Positions 25,293 through 38,600 of a DNA stretch of 64,000 nucleotides are shown in pieces. The DNA lies in contig NMRA01000267.1 in NCBI GenBank assembly GCA_002633005.1, forward strand, positions 492,976-556,975, given 5' to 3'. The DNA comes from Phoronis australis. Lineage: Eukaryota; Animalia; Phoronida. Position 1 is the stretch's first letter, and each line of letters starts with the position of its first letter. A model generated the notes under the pieces. The model saw only the letters and a list, made by a program, of their open reading frames with translations. It did no database searches and was not told where the DNA came from. Made by a program: the position numbers and the translations under genes.

Positions 25293-27714
25293 CTAAAGTT
25301 AAGCAAGAACTTTCACCAATTCAAGCACATCCTAGATCTTTCGGGAATCAATCCAATCATTTTACAAAGATACTAGGCTCTTGAATGTTCGAGACTACGA
25401 TTCCATGTTAATCTCCAAAATACTGGATTCTAAAAGGATGTTATCTTTACGCTCGGTTGTAAACAAGATACATCATCAATAGCCGGACCTCATGGGTCAT
25501 GGCAATCAAGTGACCTCTGCTAGCAAAACAAATAAAACCAGTGCCAATCTACTTTGTACAGATGTCAAGTTTCGTCAAGGCACCTCATTGGTCCTCTACA
25601 TATCATCCAGAAACGCTTTTGATGAGGAATAACTAAAAACGAATATAACCAGGTGTCGAATCAGCCCTAAAATACACCGATCATATACCTCCGTTAAGTG
25701 TTAACAATGTCCATTGATCAATTACCAGAATCACCTTTGCAAAGATTATTGCAGACCTGCGTACCACCAAAACTGCATTGGAGTACTCTGAATACCAGAT
25801 TTGCTGATTTTTGAGTAAATTTGCAGATTTTTGTGCTACCAAATTTATCCTAAAATATAGGGTGGGGTTATGCATTTTTCGCAGTGGACCTTTCACTAAC
25901 TAAAAAAGGGGTTTGCTCAACGTTCAGAGCTTTCGCCGAATTCTTGCCTCGTTACTGGACTTTTTTCTGTTCTCTCAGACTTTCGGTCTCTTTCAGGACC
26001 TGGCTACGCGCATGGGTACTTTTCCTACTTATTTGCCTCTGAATGAGTTTCTAAAATACACGTAGTGAATTAATCACCAACTTTCAGAAAAAAATAAGTT
26101 GTTTAGTTGAGAGACAACGCGTTAAGTGAAAATATCCTGTTAATCAATAGAAAATGTCCTTACCGAACTTTAGTTATATTAACACATGCCTAAAGTACAC
26201 CTCATTTCTTAACACAAAAATATATCTGCAAAAATGTGTTGATGAACCTGCACTGGGCCATGTTTTGCACCACGTGATATTTTCTTAACCATTCACAAAA
26301 GTTTTGAATAATTATTCATTGCAAGTGTCTGTGAACACCTACCACAGTACGGCATGCGATAAGACCTCGAAGCTCGCCTGTGGCTCGAGTACTATCGTCA
26401 GTTCAACGTAGTACGAAGTCAGTGCAGTCACCATGTCCGCAAAAAACAACACGCTATACAACTTGCAGTATAAATTCCACGGTCCCTTGAATAAAACGTT
26501 GTCATTCTTAGGAGAAACGTGGCAGAAACAGATGTTCCCTTATTTCAGAAGCTTCTTTCTTCACAGCTCGGAATATGTGACCACTCATGCTTTGCCATTT
26601 TGTCAAAAGTACGTATTTAGTCGTAAAAAGCCGGAATAAGACAATGTAAGCAATCCACAAATCACAGAATTCGTTTCTTATAGTTTAGGCCTGTGACACA
26701 CATACCGATAAAAGTGGCCTGCCGCTTCGCCGATTATCAGGCTATTTCGAGAATGAAACGGGGCAACTTTTCCGAGTTTGTAGCACAACGTCTTGGCTAA
26801 AATAATGATTTTACAATACATTTTTTAATTTCTAACTTTCAAATCCTCTTCCCTCGTCCATGACGACTACAAATCGGCGTATTTATTGAGAAACAAGCGA
26901 ATTTATAATAATCTCTTTTGAATTTGCTCAATTTGCTGAATTTGCGTCTTTTTGCCTGGCCGTGCGTACCCGTGTACTGGAGGCTTGATTTCCGTACGAA
27001 TCTGCATTTTTGCGTATGGTAAAGGATTGTGCCGAAAGAAAATGGACAGTAGCTTGTAAAGTCAAACCCGTCTCCGAAACCAAATGATATTGTTAAATTG
27101 TGTGTCACACTTACCCTGAGTTTTATTAAAACTTGTAACCCCAATGGCCAACAAAGTGTGCAACGGTAGTCAATCTTGTTTGAAAACCGGTTGCTCCCGG
27201 TGCTTTCGTCCATAATTCCTACGGTTTCCCTTAAGATGATGAAAATTGGTATTCACAGTCCCAAATGTACGATCGTCTTCGATTATGCGTGACATGTTCT
27301 ATTTACTTGTACACACTTCAGGCGTTTTCAGTATGTTAGGGGAAGAACTTTTCCGGGACATATCATGGAGCCAAATTTCAATGGAGCGTGACATGGTGGC
27401 GTGTGATATCAATACATTAACCCAGTCAATTTAGCAGCACTCCTTTAGTGTACATTTTATTCTCGATAATGGGACATTCTCAGACTTTTGACGTGAAGGT
27501 TTCGAAAAATAACTACAAAACCGTTTGTTTGATTTCAACGAATCTTCCCTCTCGGGTAAAGAATCAGCGAATCAAACCGGTGCCTTTACCATTAATACCC
27601 TTGTAATCAAAGGCACTTTTACCAGACGCTCGACGTTAAGTTTAATGACGAGAAACTTATACACGTGCTATCGAATGTGGTCACCCACCAGGCAAATCTC
27701 AAAGCATGTCAATT

Positions 27715-28545
27715 TCAGAGTAATTTATGTCACACATTTTAGCTCCGACTGCAACACGATCACTAGTTCATTTGTTGACAGAAGGGAGGGCGCTCAATAG
27801 TGGCAAAAGCCTCTCGCCACTTATTTCGGTGCTGTGTCGTCCATGCAACGACACTAATGGAATGCCTACCATTAGTACATCCAGATTTCGCTTATTCAAT
27901 CGTCAACATACTCGGCTAAGCGTCCCGGCCGACTTTCTCAATCAGTTAATGGTAACCAATGCGCATGCTCGTCAGGTGACCGCAAAACCACCAAAACGCC
28001 AAATCAACTAAAAACAACTGTAGAGACACTCAGACACAGTATTCCAAAACCACACTCCTTGGACCCAAGTAAAATAGGCCAACTTTTATCCAAGGCCTTC
28101 GAATTTCATTCCGTTTCCTCTTAATCATCAAGGATAAACATATACATGTAATCATAATTATGTGATTAAATTAATTGAATGGTGGTCTCAAAATGGTCGA
28201 ATTAGAGACCAGAGCCAATCATGTCTGTGATTTCATCACGTCAGATCGTACTGGGGTCAGGTCGTCACACTTGGGAATTACCTCACAAGCCTCAGAGTCG
28301 GCGCGTACTCTGCATCTTAGGTTGTAGTTTTTAGTTGGCGTAAACGTTCACTGGCTTAATGAGTATCCGTATTACAGTAGTTGGCATGAATGGAGAAAGT
28401 CGGCCGAGACGCTATGCCATGCATTTTGCCAAGTCAATCAAGAAAATTCGGAGGTACTAATGATCTGGCGTCGGTGTCGATAAATGTAATCAGCTGAACG
28501 TGTTGCAGTCCTAGACAAAATGTGTGACGTAAATTGCACGCTTTG
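27715..28545. mobile_element. Old foldback/MITE with ~230-bp diverged inverted arms
   Basis: AATTTATGTCACACATTTT...GACTGCAACACG / CGTGTTGCAGTC...AAAATGTGTGACGTAAATT, and GCGTCCCGGCCGACTTTCTC / GAGAAAGTCGGCCGAGACGC. Confidence 0.6.
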
Positions 28546-29143
28546 AGTTATTCCGTAAGTGTCTCGACCGCAATCCTTCTTTATTTAAAAGGACACCAAA
28601 CCCGGCTTTGGTCTATTAACAGATACGCTCACGTACGCGCACACACACACACACACACACGTGTGTACGCGCGCGCTATCGCGCATTCTCTGTAACCTTC
28701 GACAACCCTAAAAATTTTGGAGGCAAACTGGAAAACTCCTTTCAAAGCTTGCCAAACAGGCAAGCGTGGCTTGCGCGTTTCACCAATTACATGGTAACTG
28801 TCGGAGAAAACCACCCAGCAAATTGTGAAACAAGAGCAACGCGGGGCATTGAAATGCGCCCACGACACCACCACAAAAGGTGTATTTCTATGGATGATTT
28901 TATTATCATAAAATGAACATTAGATGGCGCAGAATGCGTCAAACGCGTCTAAATTGAGATAGTGGCGCCGTCTCTGTAATAAACAGTTATGCGCCAAATT
29001 TCACAAAAGTAAGCCAAGGAACTCCAAAGACGTAGAGGCAAACGTAAAAAATCAGTTGACACAATTTGAAACCCTCAGTAATCTTTTGCCATCGCTGTAG
29101 GAGCCCATCTGCCCAATTTCACAAAGATCCTTTAACGGGTTAA

Positions 29144-30838
29144 AGGATAATGCCACCCGATTTATAATTAGTCTCTTTTACCGTCTTGATCGCTCTATAT
29201 CCACATCGCCCCTTATACGATCGACCTCACCTTGCCGAGCGGTGTCGCGTAACCTGTGAGGAAGGTGAGAAGCGACGCAGCGACGTCAGTGGTTCATTGG
29301 CAGAGTGAATGCTGCTATATTTCGGTGCATCGGTTCCCACTTGTCTGAACTATGAAGCCGCGAAGAAAGCGGGTATATCGTTTTTTCGACTTCCTCGAGA
29401 GCCCGAAATGCTTAGGAAGTGGATCGCGGTAGTGAAGAATGAAAGGTACGCTGTTAATAGCAAGTATGAGGCCGTGAAATATCTCTGTGTGTGTGGCCGG
29501 CATTTCGTCGACAGTGATTTTTCTGACGAATTACGGCTTACCAAAAACCTATCCATACATTCCGTTGCCTATGCATATTCACGGCGCCTCTCTAGTATTG
29601 CTTGATCAGTGTATTCCGGTTCGAACTGATAGCCTGTGAAACCTAACGATCCGACCCGTGAAGTCTTCTTCGGATGAGCTCCTGACTAAGTCGGGATTGG
29701 CGACGGGTAGACGTTTATTATTCTGCGATCTGTTTAAAAATGAATTATCCTCATCCTAAAATGATACTAACCAATGCTTAAATGAAACAAAGTCTGTCTC
29801 ATTCGATACAATTTGTAGTGGCTTGAAGTGCTCGTGAGTGGAGAAGCCAGCAACGAATAAACCACTGCGTTACCGACAACAAAGGTAATTGACCGGGCAC
29901 CGAGGCCGTGTGAGCGCATGCTAATTCAGTGTTTGCTGACAGAAAACTGTTGTGAAACAATTACTCGATTTTATATGCTATTGTCACATGTTAGGGGAAT
30001 CGTTATGTAGAAAAACAAATACACTATTCAAATCATTGTTACTGCACAACCTTTACCCTGACGGTCTGTGGAAGGAGAACCCGACTTCACGGCCCCCGAC
30101 TGCAAGTAGATTTTCAGTTTCGTGGCTAATTCACATAACTAATTACGTGCACATTATCTCTTTTGTTCTCTATTATAGTCTTTTGGTGCCTGGAGGTTTA
30201 GTTTCCAACTCAAGCTGGTTTATGTTCGTGGCAGTCCCGGCAGCCGCGACGGACCTGATCGGGTTCCGAGCCACTGACTGGCCGAGATAACGAGTCAGTC
30301 CGGCCGCGACGGGCCTCAGTGATCGGGTTCCGAGCCACTGGCCGGGATAACAAGCGTTTTGTGTGTTTAGAACTAAAAAAATCGCAAGTATAAACAACAA
30401 AGACCTAGATTCTCCTGTCTGTAATTCACGGAAGAATACTTCGAATTTATCTCCGAACAGACCTCAAACTCTTCAGTGCTACGGACTTTGGTAGATTGGC
30501 CTGCCGAACTTTGTAGGCTACGGTGTGTACAAATACCAGTAACAGCCAAATAAAATAACACGTTTTTATAAGAACTCGGTGTATCTTTAAGGGTTTTACA
30601 TCGAATTTTGATGATTTATTGGTGTAAGACTATGACTTCAAGCGATAACCTGACACCACTAACCCGTGTTGTGAACTACTGAACAGAATGCGTGTGAAAC
30701 CAATTACGTCATTGGATAATTTCTACACCTCCGTCTGCCGTCAGGTGTCAGGTAACGCAACCGAACCTGCCGTTATCGAGTAGAACTACTTGATCTAAGT
30801 TAATACAAAGTAAGTTGTTTTTTGGGTGGCATTCTCCT
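29144..30838 (+). mobile_element. Kolobok-type non-autonomous DNA transposon (copy 2)
   Basis: TTAA TSD on both sides (29140-29143, 30839-30842); TIRs AGGATAATGCCACCC / GGGTGGCATTCTCCT; carries a THAP ORF. Confidence 0.85.
29309..29605 (+). pseudogene. THAP zinc-finger domain remnant
   Basis: VPTCLN...GISFFRLPREPEMLRKWIAVV...VCGRHFVDSDF: THAP signature with the first Cys missing and no transposase downstream. Confidence 0.8.
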
Positions 30839-31561
30839 TTAAGTATGAGGAGATATAGCATTAGACGCAAAAAAAGCAAAAGTGCACCTAAAGGCGCCAG
30901 AATAGTCGAAAACACCTAAATAACAAATGCAAACATTTTTAAATTGTCACCAGGGATGCAGAAATCGTCCAACGTGTCGGAAATGTTACGGCATTGTCGT
31001 CTCCTCAATTGAAACCTATTCGCCGAATTACCTAAAAGAACATTAATTAACTCCGAAGACAGTGCCAAACGTGAAAAATCGTTTGCCACTAGGGGGCGTA
31101 TGTTACCGTCTGTCATCGGCTACATTGAAACACATCTTTCGAATTTCACAAAGCTCCTTCAAAGGTCTAAGAAGATTTGGCCGCAGACGCATAAAAATCG
31201 CTACTAAGGGGCGACGCAATGGTCGGAACCCTCTCACAGTCAACGTCCGCCGTGGCCTTCTCATCAGGAACACATCTGTAAATTTCATAAATGTGTGGGC
31301 GCTTAATAAGGGGTATTAGGAAACAACTGACATTTCGTTACTGCTCTAGACCAAGCTCTACAATTGACTTAACTGACTTACAAAGGCGTGTCACTGAATT
31401 CCTCAAGTATGGTCTCGAAGATTAACGAACTAACAGATTGAAAACAAAACATTTCCCAACTTAGTAAGGAGAAAATTGGGATTAATTTGATTACAGCAAA
31501 TTATCTGGATCAAACATTAGTTTCTTCGATGGAACGTGAATACGAACTAAGAGGCACACAC

Positions 31562-31903
31562 CTTGTATAATGTAATAGAACCGCACACAGTATGCACCGT
31601 GCTGAGAGAGTATCAATCCATCGATGCTGACTTTGTCGTAAGGCTTTAGGCGCACGTTAGTCCACGATCCTGGAGTATAATGAGGGCCTGACCACAGGTA
31701 CCGTCTTGGGCCAGTTTCTTCTTTGATGAACTGGAAGCCAAATGTGTGGTCCACCTTGGGCTGGCGCTCAAATCTCGAATTCGAACTAAGTTCATCAAAA
31801 GACCCTTGGTAAAAATTCCCTTTGTCCCGCTGGCTTTGCCTGAATGAACAGCGTGATGTTCCAAGGTAGCCGCCGTACTTATCGAAGGTGCAGATTGCGA
31901 AAC
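31562..31903 (-). CDS. Exon: MAM domain, part 1
   Basis: CTFD...CSFRQSQRDKGNF...PKVDHTFG...RYLW...YCVRFYYIIQG; 342 nt, phase 1-1. Confidence 0.85.
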
Positions 31904-32707
31904 CTAGTATGAATATGACCACATATTTTTGAAGTAGATCTTGAAAGCATACGAGATTCTATTCATCATCAGTAACAATTATTTTTTCTCCGTTAGGCGG
32001 CTAAAAGAAGAGTGACTGGAAAAAAGACTCACAGAAATGCACATTTTTATGCTCATACACAGCAGTTTTCCGCCTGCGCAATACTACAAAGGAAGACCCA
32101 TATGCATAGCAAAACTGGTGTTGTTGTGTCATACTGTATGTTATTTCGGATACTGAGGCAGAGACTTAAAATGGATCTTGCACGCTAATTCCTTATCTTA
32201 GTGATTGCTTGGTCAAATTAGTTAGGAACACAACATATAGCGACGATGGGGATATGAAGTGGGTTGAAAATTGCAAACTAAAATCGTCACTTAGTCACAA
32301 TACTATATACCGTAATTATTCTTGAACTTAATATTCTTCCACCAACTAAAATTGTTACTTCAGCTGCAAACAATCAACAGAAACTAAGACAAATGTTAAC
32401 CAATAACCCAATTAAGGTTCAATTGAAAATTCAGTGATTCGATTACTTAAACGGTACGTTTTCAAAATCGTTTCAAATGTTACTTACTCATGTTTAATGT
32501 GATTGGTGTACTTTTGAAGAACAGACAATTCGTTACTACTTGAGACTACATGTAGGTTCAAGAATGTGATTTGACTGGTTCATGATAAGAGTATGGTTGG
32601 AAACAGGCTGGCTCTGTGACTGCACTCCAGGTGGAAATACTTGTCGACACATTACGTATTATATTTCATACACTCTTACTTTTAATTAGCACAAAAACTC
32701 GCATAAC

Positions 32708-32872
32708 CTAAACAGGGCCAAGTTCCACAAAGTTTGAAGCCTGTATCAGGTCCGTAGCATTGTCGTCCGCCATTGGCTGGAGTCTGATTTGTACACTGGC
32801 GCCACCTAGTTTGAACACCACATCGTCCTTGACACGATGTCCATCTTCCCCACTCTGTCCATTTGCCGTTTA
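32708..32872 (-). CDS. Exon: thrombospondin type-1 (TSP1) repeat
   Basis: VNGKWTEWGRWTSCQGRCGVQTRWRQCTNQTPANGGRQCYGPDTGFKLCGTWPCL (WxxWxxW, RxRxC, 6 Cys); 165 nt, phase 1-1; absent from the ORF track. Confidence 0.88.
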
Positions 32873-33418
32873 CTGATCACGGAATACGTGAAACCAAACA
32901 TTTAAAAGAGACTCTTATGACTCCTTGAAGTGTTTTAAAAGTAACTCTTCACTTTGGTGACTGTAAATTGGTCTCAATTTGAATCGTAATCAGAGCTTGG
33001 ACTCGTGACGCACTGGCACTTCATTATTGCTTAGTAACACCATGCTCGGCGCAGTTGAGCAATAAACAGGTTTCATAACGCTATTTGTATGAAATAACAA
33101 AATACATAAGAAAAGTTCAAAAACTTTGTGGATGCGAGTATCCAACGTGCGAAGTCTATTGAATGGGTTCTCAGAAAGCGGACCATGCTTTACAGTTCTG
33201 AGACATAATCAGAATGTAGAAGAGCTCTTTTTTCTGAAATTTCAACTTCTCTGTTCACGAATGCAAGATGAATTGAAACTGATAGGACAACATTTAGGGA
33301 AAACGGTTTAAAATGTGCTCCTCGTAAAAGAAATTTAAATTTCAAAATTATATTACTGCAAGCAGCATATGCCTAAGCACGAGTGAAAGGCTACATAAAT
33401 CTCTTTACAACAACCTAC

Positions 33419-33526
33419 CTTTTTCGCACCAACGACCCGACATTCTCTCACCACACTTACAGTAAGCCATTCCAATCTCGTTGGTTTTGCATTCACCTCC
33501 ATTTCGAAAAGGATTGGATCGGCAAT
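33419..33526 (-). CDS. Exon: EGF-like domain
   Basis: CRSNPFRNGGECKTNEIGMAYCKCGERMSGRWCEK; 108 nt, phase 1-1, tttatcag acceptor, gtaggt donor. The second Cys is replaced by Phe. Confidence 0.8.
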
Positions 33527-33644
33527 CTGATAAACGCGAGGAAGGAAACATAATGTCGCGGAGTTTAACCGGCACTAGTAATAAACCACTAATGTTGCTA
33601 CAGAGATTGAAAAGTAATAAGTCCAGCGAAAGTGACAGTAAGCA

Positions 33645-33668
33645 TATATATGTGTGTGTGTGTGTTGT

Positions 33669-33739
<71 letters not shown>

Positions 33740-33799
33740 CTATACATGTAGATAGATAGATAGATATATATATAGATAGATAGATAGATTGATAGATAT

Positions 33800-33838
<39 letters not shown>

Positions 33839-33975
33839 TATAGATAGATAGATAGATAGATACATAGATAGATAGATAGATGAATTATATATACTATAGA
33901 TAGATAGATTGATAGATAGATAGACAGATAGATATATAGATAGAGAGATATAGATACAGGTACAGATATAGATAC
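33645..33975. repeat. Compound microsatellite (GT)n-(AC)n-(AT)n-(TAGA)n
   Basis: Directly visible. Confidence 0.95.
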
Positions 33976-35670
33976 ATAAAAAAACTGTCGGTCGCACCAG
34001 ACACAAAGTCAACTGCATTCCGAGACAGATTATGTAAGTTCCTACTATTTGGTTCTCATGAGTTGCCCAATGAGGCCTATTTAATCTTTAATTAAGTTGC
34101 CAACTTTCTCCACAGTAGCTTACCTTCATACCAAAGTGCATAGTAACTGCCTTTCACACCACTTTGTCATGAATAATATCAGATATATTGCGTGTGTTTT
34201 CCTAATTTACGAAGTACTATTTGAGTACATGTATATATTCGTTGCCGAACTAAATGTGTATACATTAATATGTAAGTGTACGCATATGTGTGCAAATCTC
34301 TCTATGTAAATATGTGTAGCCCGGTATGTATACCAGATACATACTGGTATAATTACTGTTTCGTAATGTTTCCCTGTTCTTTTACATATATTTGATCAAT
34401 AAATAAACCTATTTTAGTTGAGAGTTCAACAAACTGAAAAGCTACAATCGAGCCGTGGCGCGTTCTGTTAAGATATCTGTGAGAATGGAACGGACACTTT
34501 GTAAGAGCGTTCACTACTTCAGGGCATTCGCTATAGGCATCTAACGTGCACCTGAGTGGTTGTTATAAATTGAAGAACGGAAACCATTTATAGTGTGACA
34601 TACCGTTCTATGGGGGTAAAGAGAATCTTTTTCACAAATCGTTGACGTAACGTTGAACGAGTGAGCACCGATATGTTATTTTGTCTGACGTTGGCACGTG
34701 CTAAGGTTCTATTCATTGACGTTATCCCATGCCTGTCGGTCTGCGACGGATGCGAAGTCAACCCCCCCGTGATTTGAGGCCCGACTTTTAGCCCCTATTA
34801 CCTGTATTTTTTTCAATTACCTCCGTAATGCACTTTTGTTTTACTAAAAGTACTTTTCGCTGGAAACAGAAGATTGTCAGCTATCAGTAAACAAATCGTG
34901 AATTATTTGTAACAAATATATATTGTTAAATTGTTACGAGTCATTTACGGATTCGTGCTTACCTAACAGTTTTCGAATGGTTACGTGTTGTTGCGGGCGG
35001 TTTGCGATCCTTTTCGTGTTAATTGAGGATAAATCAATCCGTGGATGATCGCTTGAAGATGTTTGATATGACAAAAATTGACTCTCCTTACACGTATCTT
35101 TAAGAATGTCTGCGAGTTGTTGCGTTTTATGACAAGTTATGTACGGGTGCTTGCGATTGGTTTTGATTTGGCAATACGTAAGGACTTCGCTTAAAAATCC
35201 GTGTATGTGAAGGCACATTGAAATGAGCCAAAAAGCCACAGCCCAAAAAACTACCTTGAACACTGCCCCTATCCATATCCACAGAACATTTTTTTTTCTT
35301 TTTTTCAATCGGTCAATGTATAATAAAAACATGTCCTAACGTCGCGTGAATTATGTTTTTTTTTCATGGGACGAGGGCAGCAGTTTACACCGACGATTGC
35401 GTCAACTTTTGTAGTCCGGATTCGGTCCGCTTTCTTCAGCTTAGCGCCCCCGAAGTCACATGCTGGGTTCGGACATGTATCCGATCAAAAGAATCTAATC
35501 ACTAGTTATATGTAAGTACATGCATTTCAACTTCACTGCAGCATAGTTGTTCTTTGAAATATTCAACTTACTAACACGTCGTAGAAGCTATGGGCAGCAA
35601 ATGGCAAATATTGTTTAAAAATACAAAAATATATTTAAATTTGTAAATTCAGTACTGTTTAATCAATTAA

Positions 35671-38600
35671 GAGACAGTCCATATAAAAACCAGTAGATTT
35701 TCAAAAATCAGTCTATACGTCAAAATTTAAAACAACTTCATTTTTCGTTCATGGGTAGGTATCCTAACATAAACCCAAATGCCAAATTTTGTGCACTCAA
35801 TGACCCCTAATTTCGCCGCTGGAGCATGATAACACAAATTGGCACAATTGGGCATATTAGCCGTCTCAAAAATCGCGTGTTCTCAGCAACAAAAATGAGT
35901 AACATACACAATAGATCAAAAGCTATATTTTGGTGACTGAAATAACCAACGTATACTGTACATAATTCTGTGCCATTTATTCAAATCTGACAGTTTTGTG
36001 CTAGACAGGGGAGATAATCCACAGACCACTTTTTGGGGCTAATTTTAGTGGCCATTTTTGTGACCTTCTTACTGCCATAAAACACCTTGTAGCCTTATGT
36101 TACGTTTTGAACATACAGTTAAAGAGTTAGTCTTGATGACTGAGCAATAAAAAATCTTGCCTCAACTTTGCACCTTAGTGAAAATTGTCTCGCAAAACTG
36201 TCTATTTTCATAGTTTGGAAATGACGAGAAGAGTTTACAGACCCTTTGAACAAACTTTTAGGCAAGATGTCTGCTTTAAATAGTTATAGAAACCAAGTCT
36301 AAACTCTTTCAAATGAAAGCAAGATGTTTTCCGGGTTTATTACGCGGCTAGTATCAAACCTGAACCCGATGACCTTTGCCCACTGAGGGAGTCAGTTGAG
36401 GTTAAACTTGAGGATATAAAAAATGTACGTGTAACCCTCTTGTATTCTTTCATTTCTTTTACATTATCATGTTCATTTATACACTCTGAAGAAATTTTAA
36501 ATGGAAATAAATGCCTAAGATTAAACGAGTATGAATTGATATTTGTAATTACTGGTTGAGAGAAGCAAATGCATTTTAAAAAGACAAAATGGCGGACAAT
36601 ATCGATGTGCCTTCATGTTCCTTTAGAGTTTATTCTGCAAAAAAATCCGATCAAAAAAGCTTTGTGCTTTAGTGAGTTATGTCAAAGACACCACTGAACA
36701 TTTGAGATACAGGAAACTATCTCAAAGCAAGGCATGTGCCAGAGTACGCACTCGTACTACCCAGAGTCGGTGAATTTCTGACTGAACAGGACCAGTCATG
36801 GAATAGTCAGGTAATGCTGGATGTTACCACTCTGCTCCTCTCCTCCTGAACGTAGCAGCCTTGTCAAATTATACCAGCATTTCTGTTTCGAGATATGACT
36901 TTAGTGAAAGTCAGAATGGAAAGGATCTCTGTGATCGCAAGATCGCTCCACTCAAACAACATGCAAAGTATATTGTAGCCGAAAGTAACATATACCATAA
37001 AGTTTCTGGATTTGAAAGAAGCATTACTTTCCAGTGGCCATGTGAAGGGATGTTATGTGTATGCATGTTCAGTCAATGCAACAAAGTCTTTTCCAAAATA
37101 CTCAGTTCCTGGTATAAGAACATTCCCAAATTCCCACTATTCCACCCAAGGAATTCGCGTGTGGAAATCATTCCATGTAAGTGACGGTAAGTTCGTACAA
37201 ATACTGGGGAAATGGGAAACCTATTTCTCTAAAATACACTAATATCTCTAGACATGGCGGATTTTCAACACCAAGAGTTAAGGTTGGCACTGTATCTAGT
37301 GAAAAGCCTCAACAAAGTTCCCTTGCACCCAGCAAGGTTACTCGAAATTTTTGCTACAGACGCAGAACTAGGTCAGTATTTGGATGTGGGTAACCACACT
37401 GAACAATTACAGAGGGAAACCACGTATGACCACATCGCAGGACAGTGGTCAGAAATGCTTTCAGATGCAAGTGCCGGAGCGTCATTTGAGGGACCCTCAG
37501 AGTAGTATTTGGATGAGACGAATGCTGAAACAATAGGTTAGGCATTCAAAAAAGGTAAAGTGTCAACAAGATTTTCAGCAAAGGTAAAGAACTTTCTGAC
37601 GAACATATTCGATGAAGGAGATAAGTCAGGTAAAAACGTTCACCCTCGGAAGTGCCAGAATGGAGAAAACATTACGAGAACTCACTGGTAAAGTGTTTAC
37701 CTGTGATATTAAGTGAATCGCATATTGGTGGATTTTTTCGAGGTTGTCTGCAGCAATGTTTATGACGATGAAAATGCCGTTATATCGTCAGATTTACTGA
37801 ATGAAGTGGTAAATGAGCTCAACGTTTGGCCTAGTTTTGTAGCATACCAGTCAAAGATGTGTGATATATGAAGTCCAGACCGTTACTTCTGTTTACTTCA
37901 TGTCTGTCATGAATGAGTTATTAATAAAATTTTCTCTCGTGAATTATTTTCTATTGACTGTGAATGTGTATCTTTTTATACCACTGATCCACACTGACAG
38001 AAATATTCAGCGTTAGGGTGCCCGGTGTGGGGGGGAACACCAAATTTCTGGCGACTGGTGGCGACTAAAATTTGTAGAAACCAGCAGGGACATTACAATA
38101 TGAACCCAAAGTTACAATGACTATTGACAAGTTGAAGGATTTTTGCACTGAACACCGTAGTGGGCCATATCCACCTTGGGTGCCTTCCTTTGCCTGTGGC
38201 ACGAACAAGGCACATAGAAAACAAGGCAGGGGTGAGAACCTCTCTAAAATTTATCCAAAACCACGTGTTCTCATTTAAAATGCAGGGAAATATCTCGCGA
38301 AGTCTTGAATTATAGCAAGGTCCTCGAGTTACTGCTCTTATTCTAGATGCGTCTTCAGTCTCTACGTAAACAAAAGCAGCGCCATCTATCATTTAGAACC
38401 ACGCATGCCAGTTGATTTATGTTACATGTTTTTTGTAATAAGCAATAATCATCAATGCCGTTTTCAAAGAATGGTAATTAATAATGCTGTCTGCCTTTTC
38501 TCCAAAATACAAGGTTTTTATGTCGTGTTTCGCATGCTAATTAGGTATATGTTCCAAGAGCCCCCTATTGGCAGCAGAGGCAACTGAGAACATGCAAAAG

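Larger units (their letters stand above)
15021..33526 (-). pseudogene. 10-exon extracellular mosaic gene EGF-TSP1-MAM-(Pro-rich)-ShKT-F5/8 type C, 5' part not found, with disabling lesions
   Basis: Exons 33419-33526, 32708-32872, 31562-31903, 25120-25292, 21830-21971, 20541-20660, 20155-20187, 16024-16206, 15530-15659, 15021-15164. All are AG/GT bounded with matching phases (1,1,1,0,1,1,1,2,0). There is a frameshift in exon 16024-16206, Cys->Phe in the EGF domain and Cys->Tyr in the ShKT domain. Confidence 0.85.

Noticed and set aside
27110-27430. Exon-like minus-strand segments with a GTAAGT donor
   Set aside because: Phases do not fit the surrounding gene and the translation has no recognisable domain.
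30916-31319. Arg-rich ORFs and exon-like AG/GT segments downstream of MAM exon 1
   Set aside because: No MAM motifs or recognisable domain; the MAM domain is completed by the exons at 25120 and 21830.
33405-34018. CVCVCV, THTHTH and YLSI-repeat ORFs
   Set aside because: Microsatellite translations; only the EGF exon at 33419-33526 is credible.
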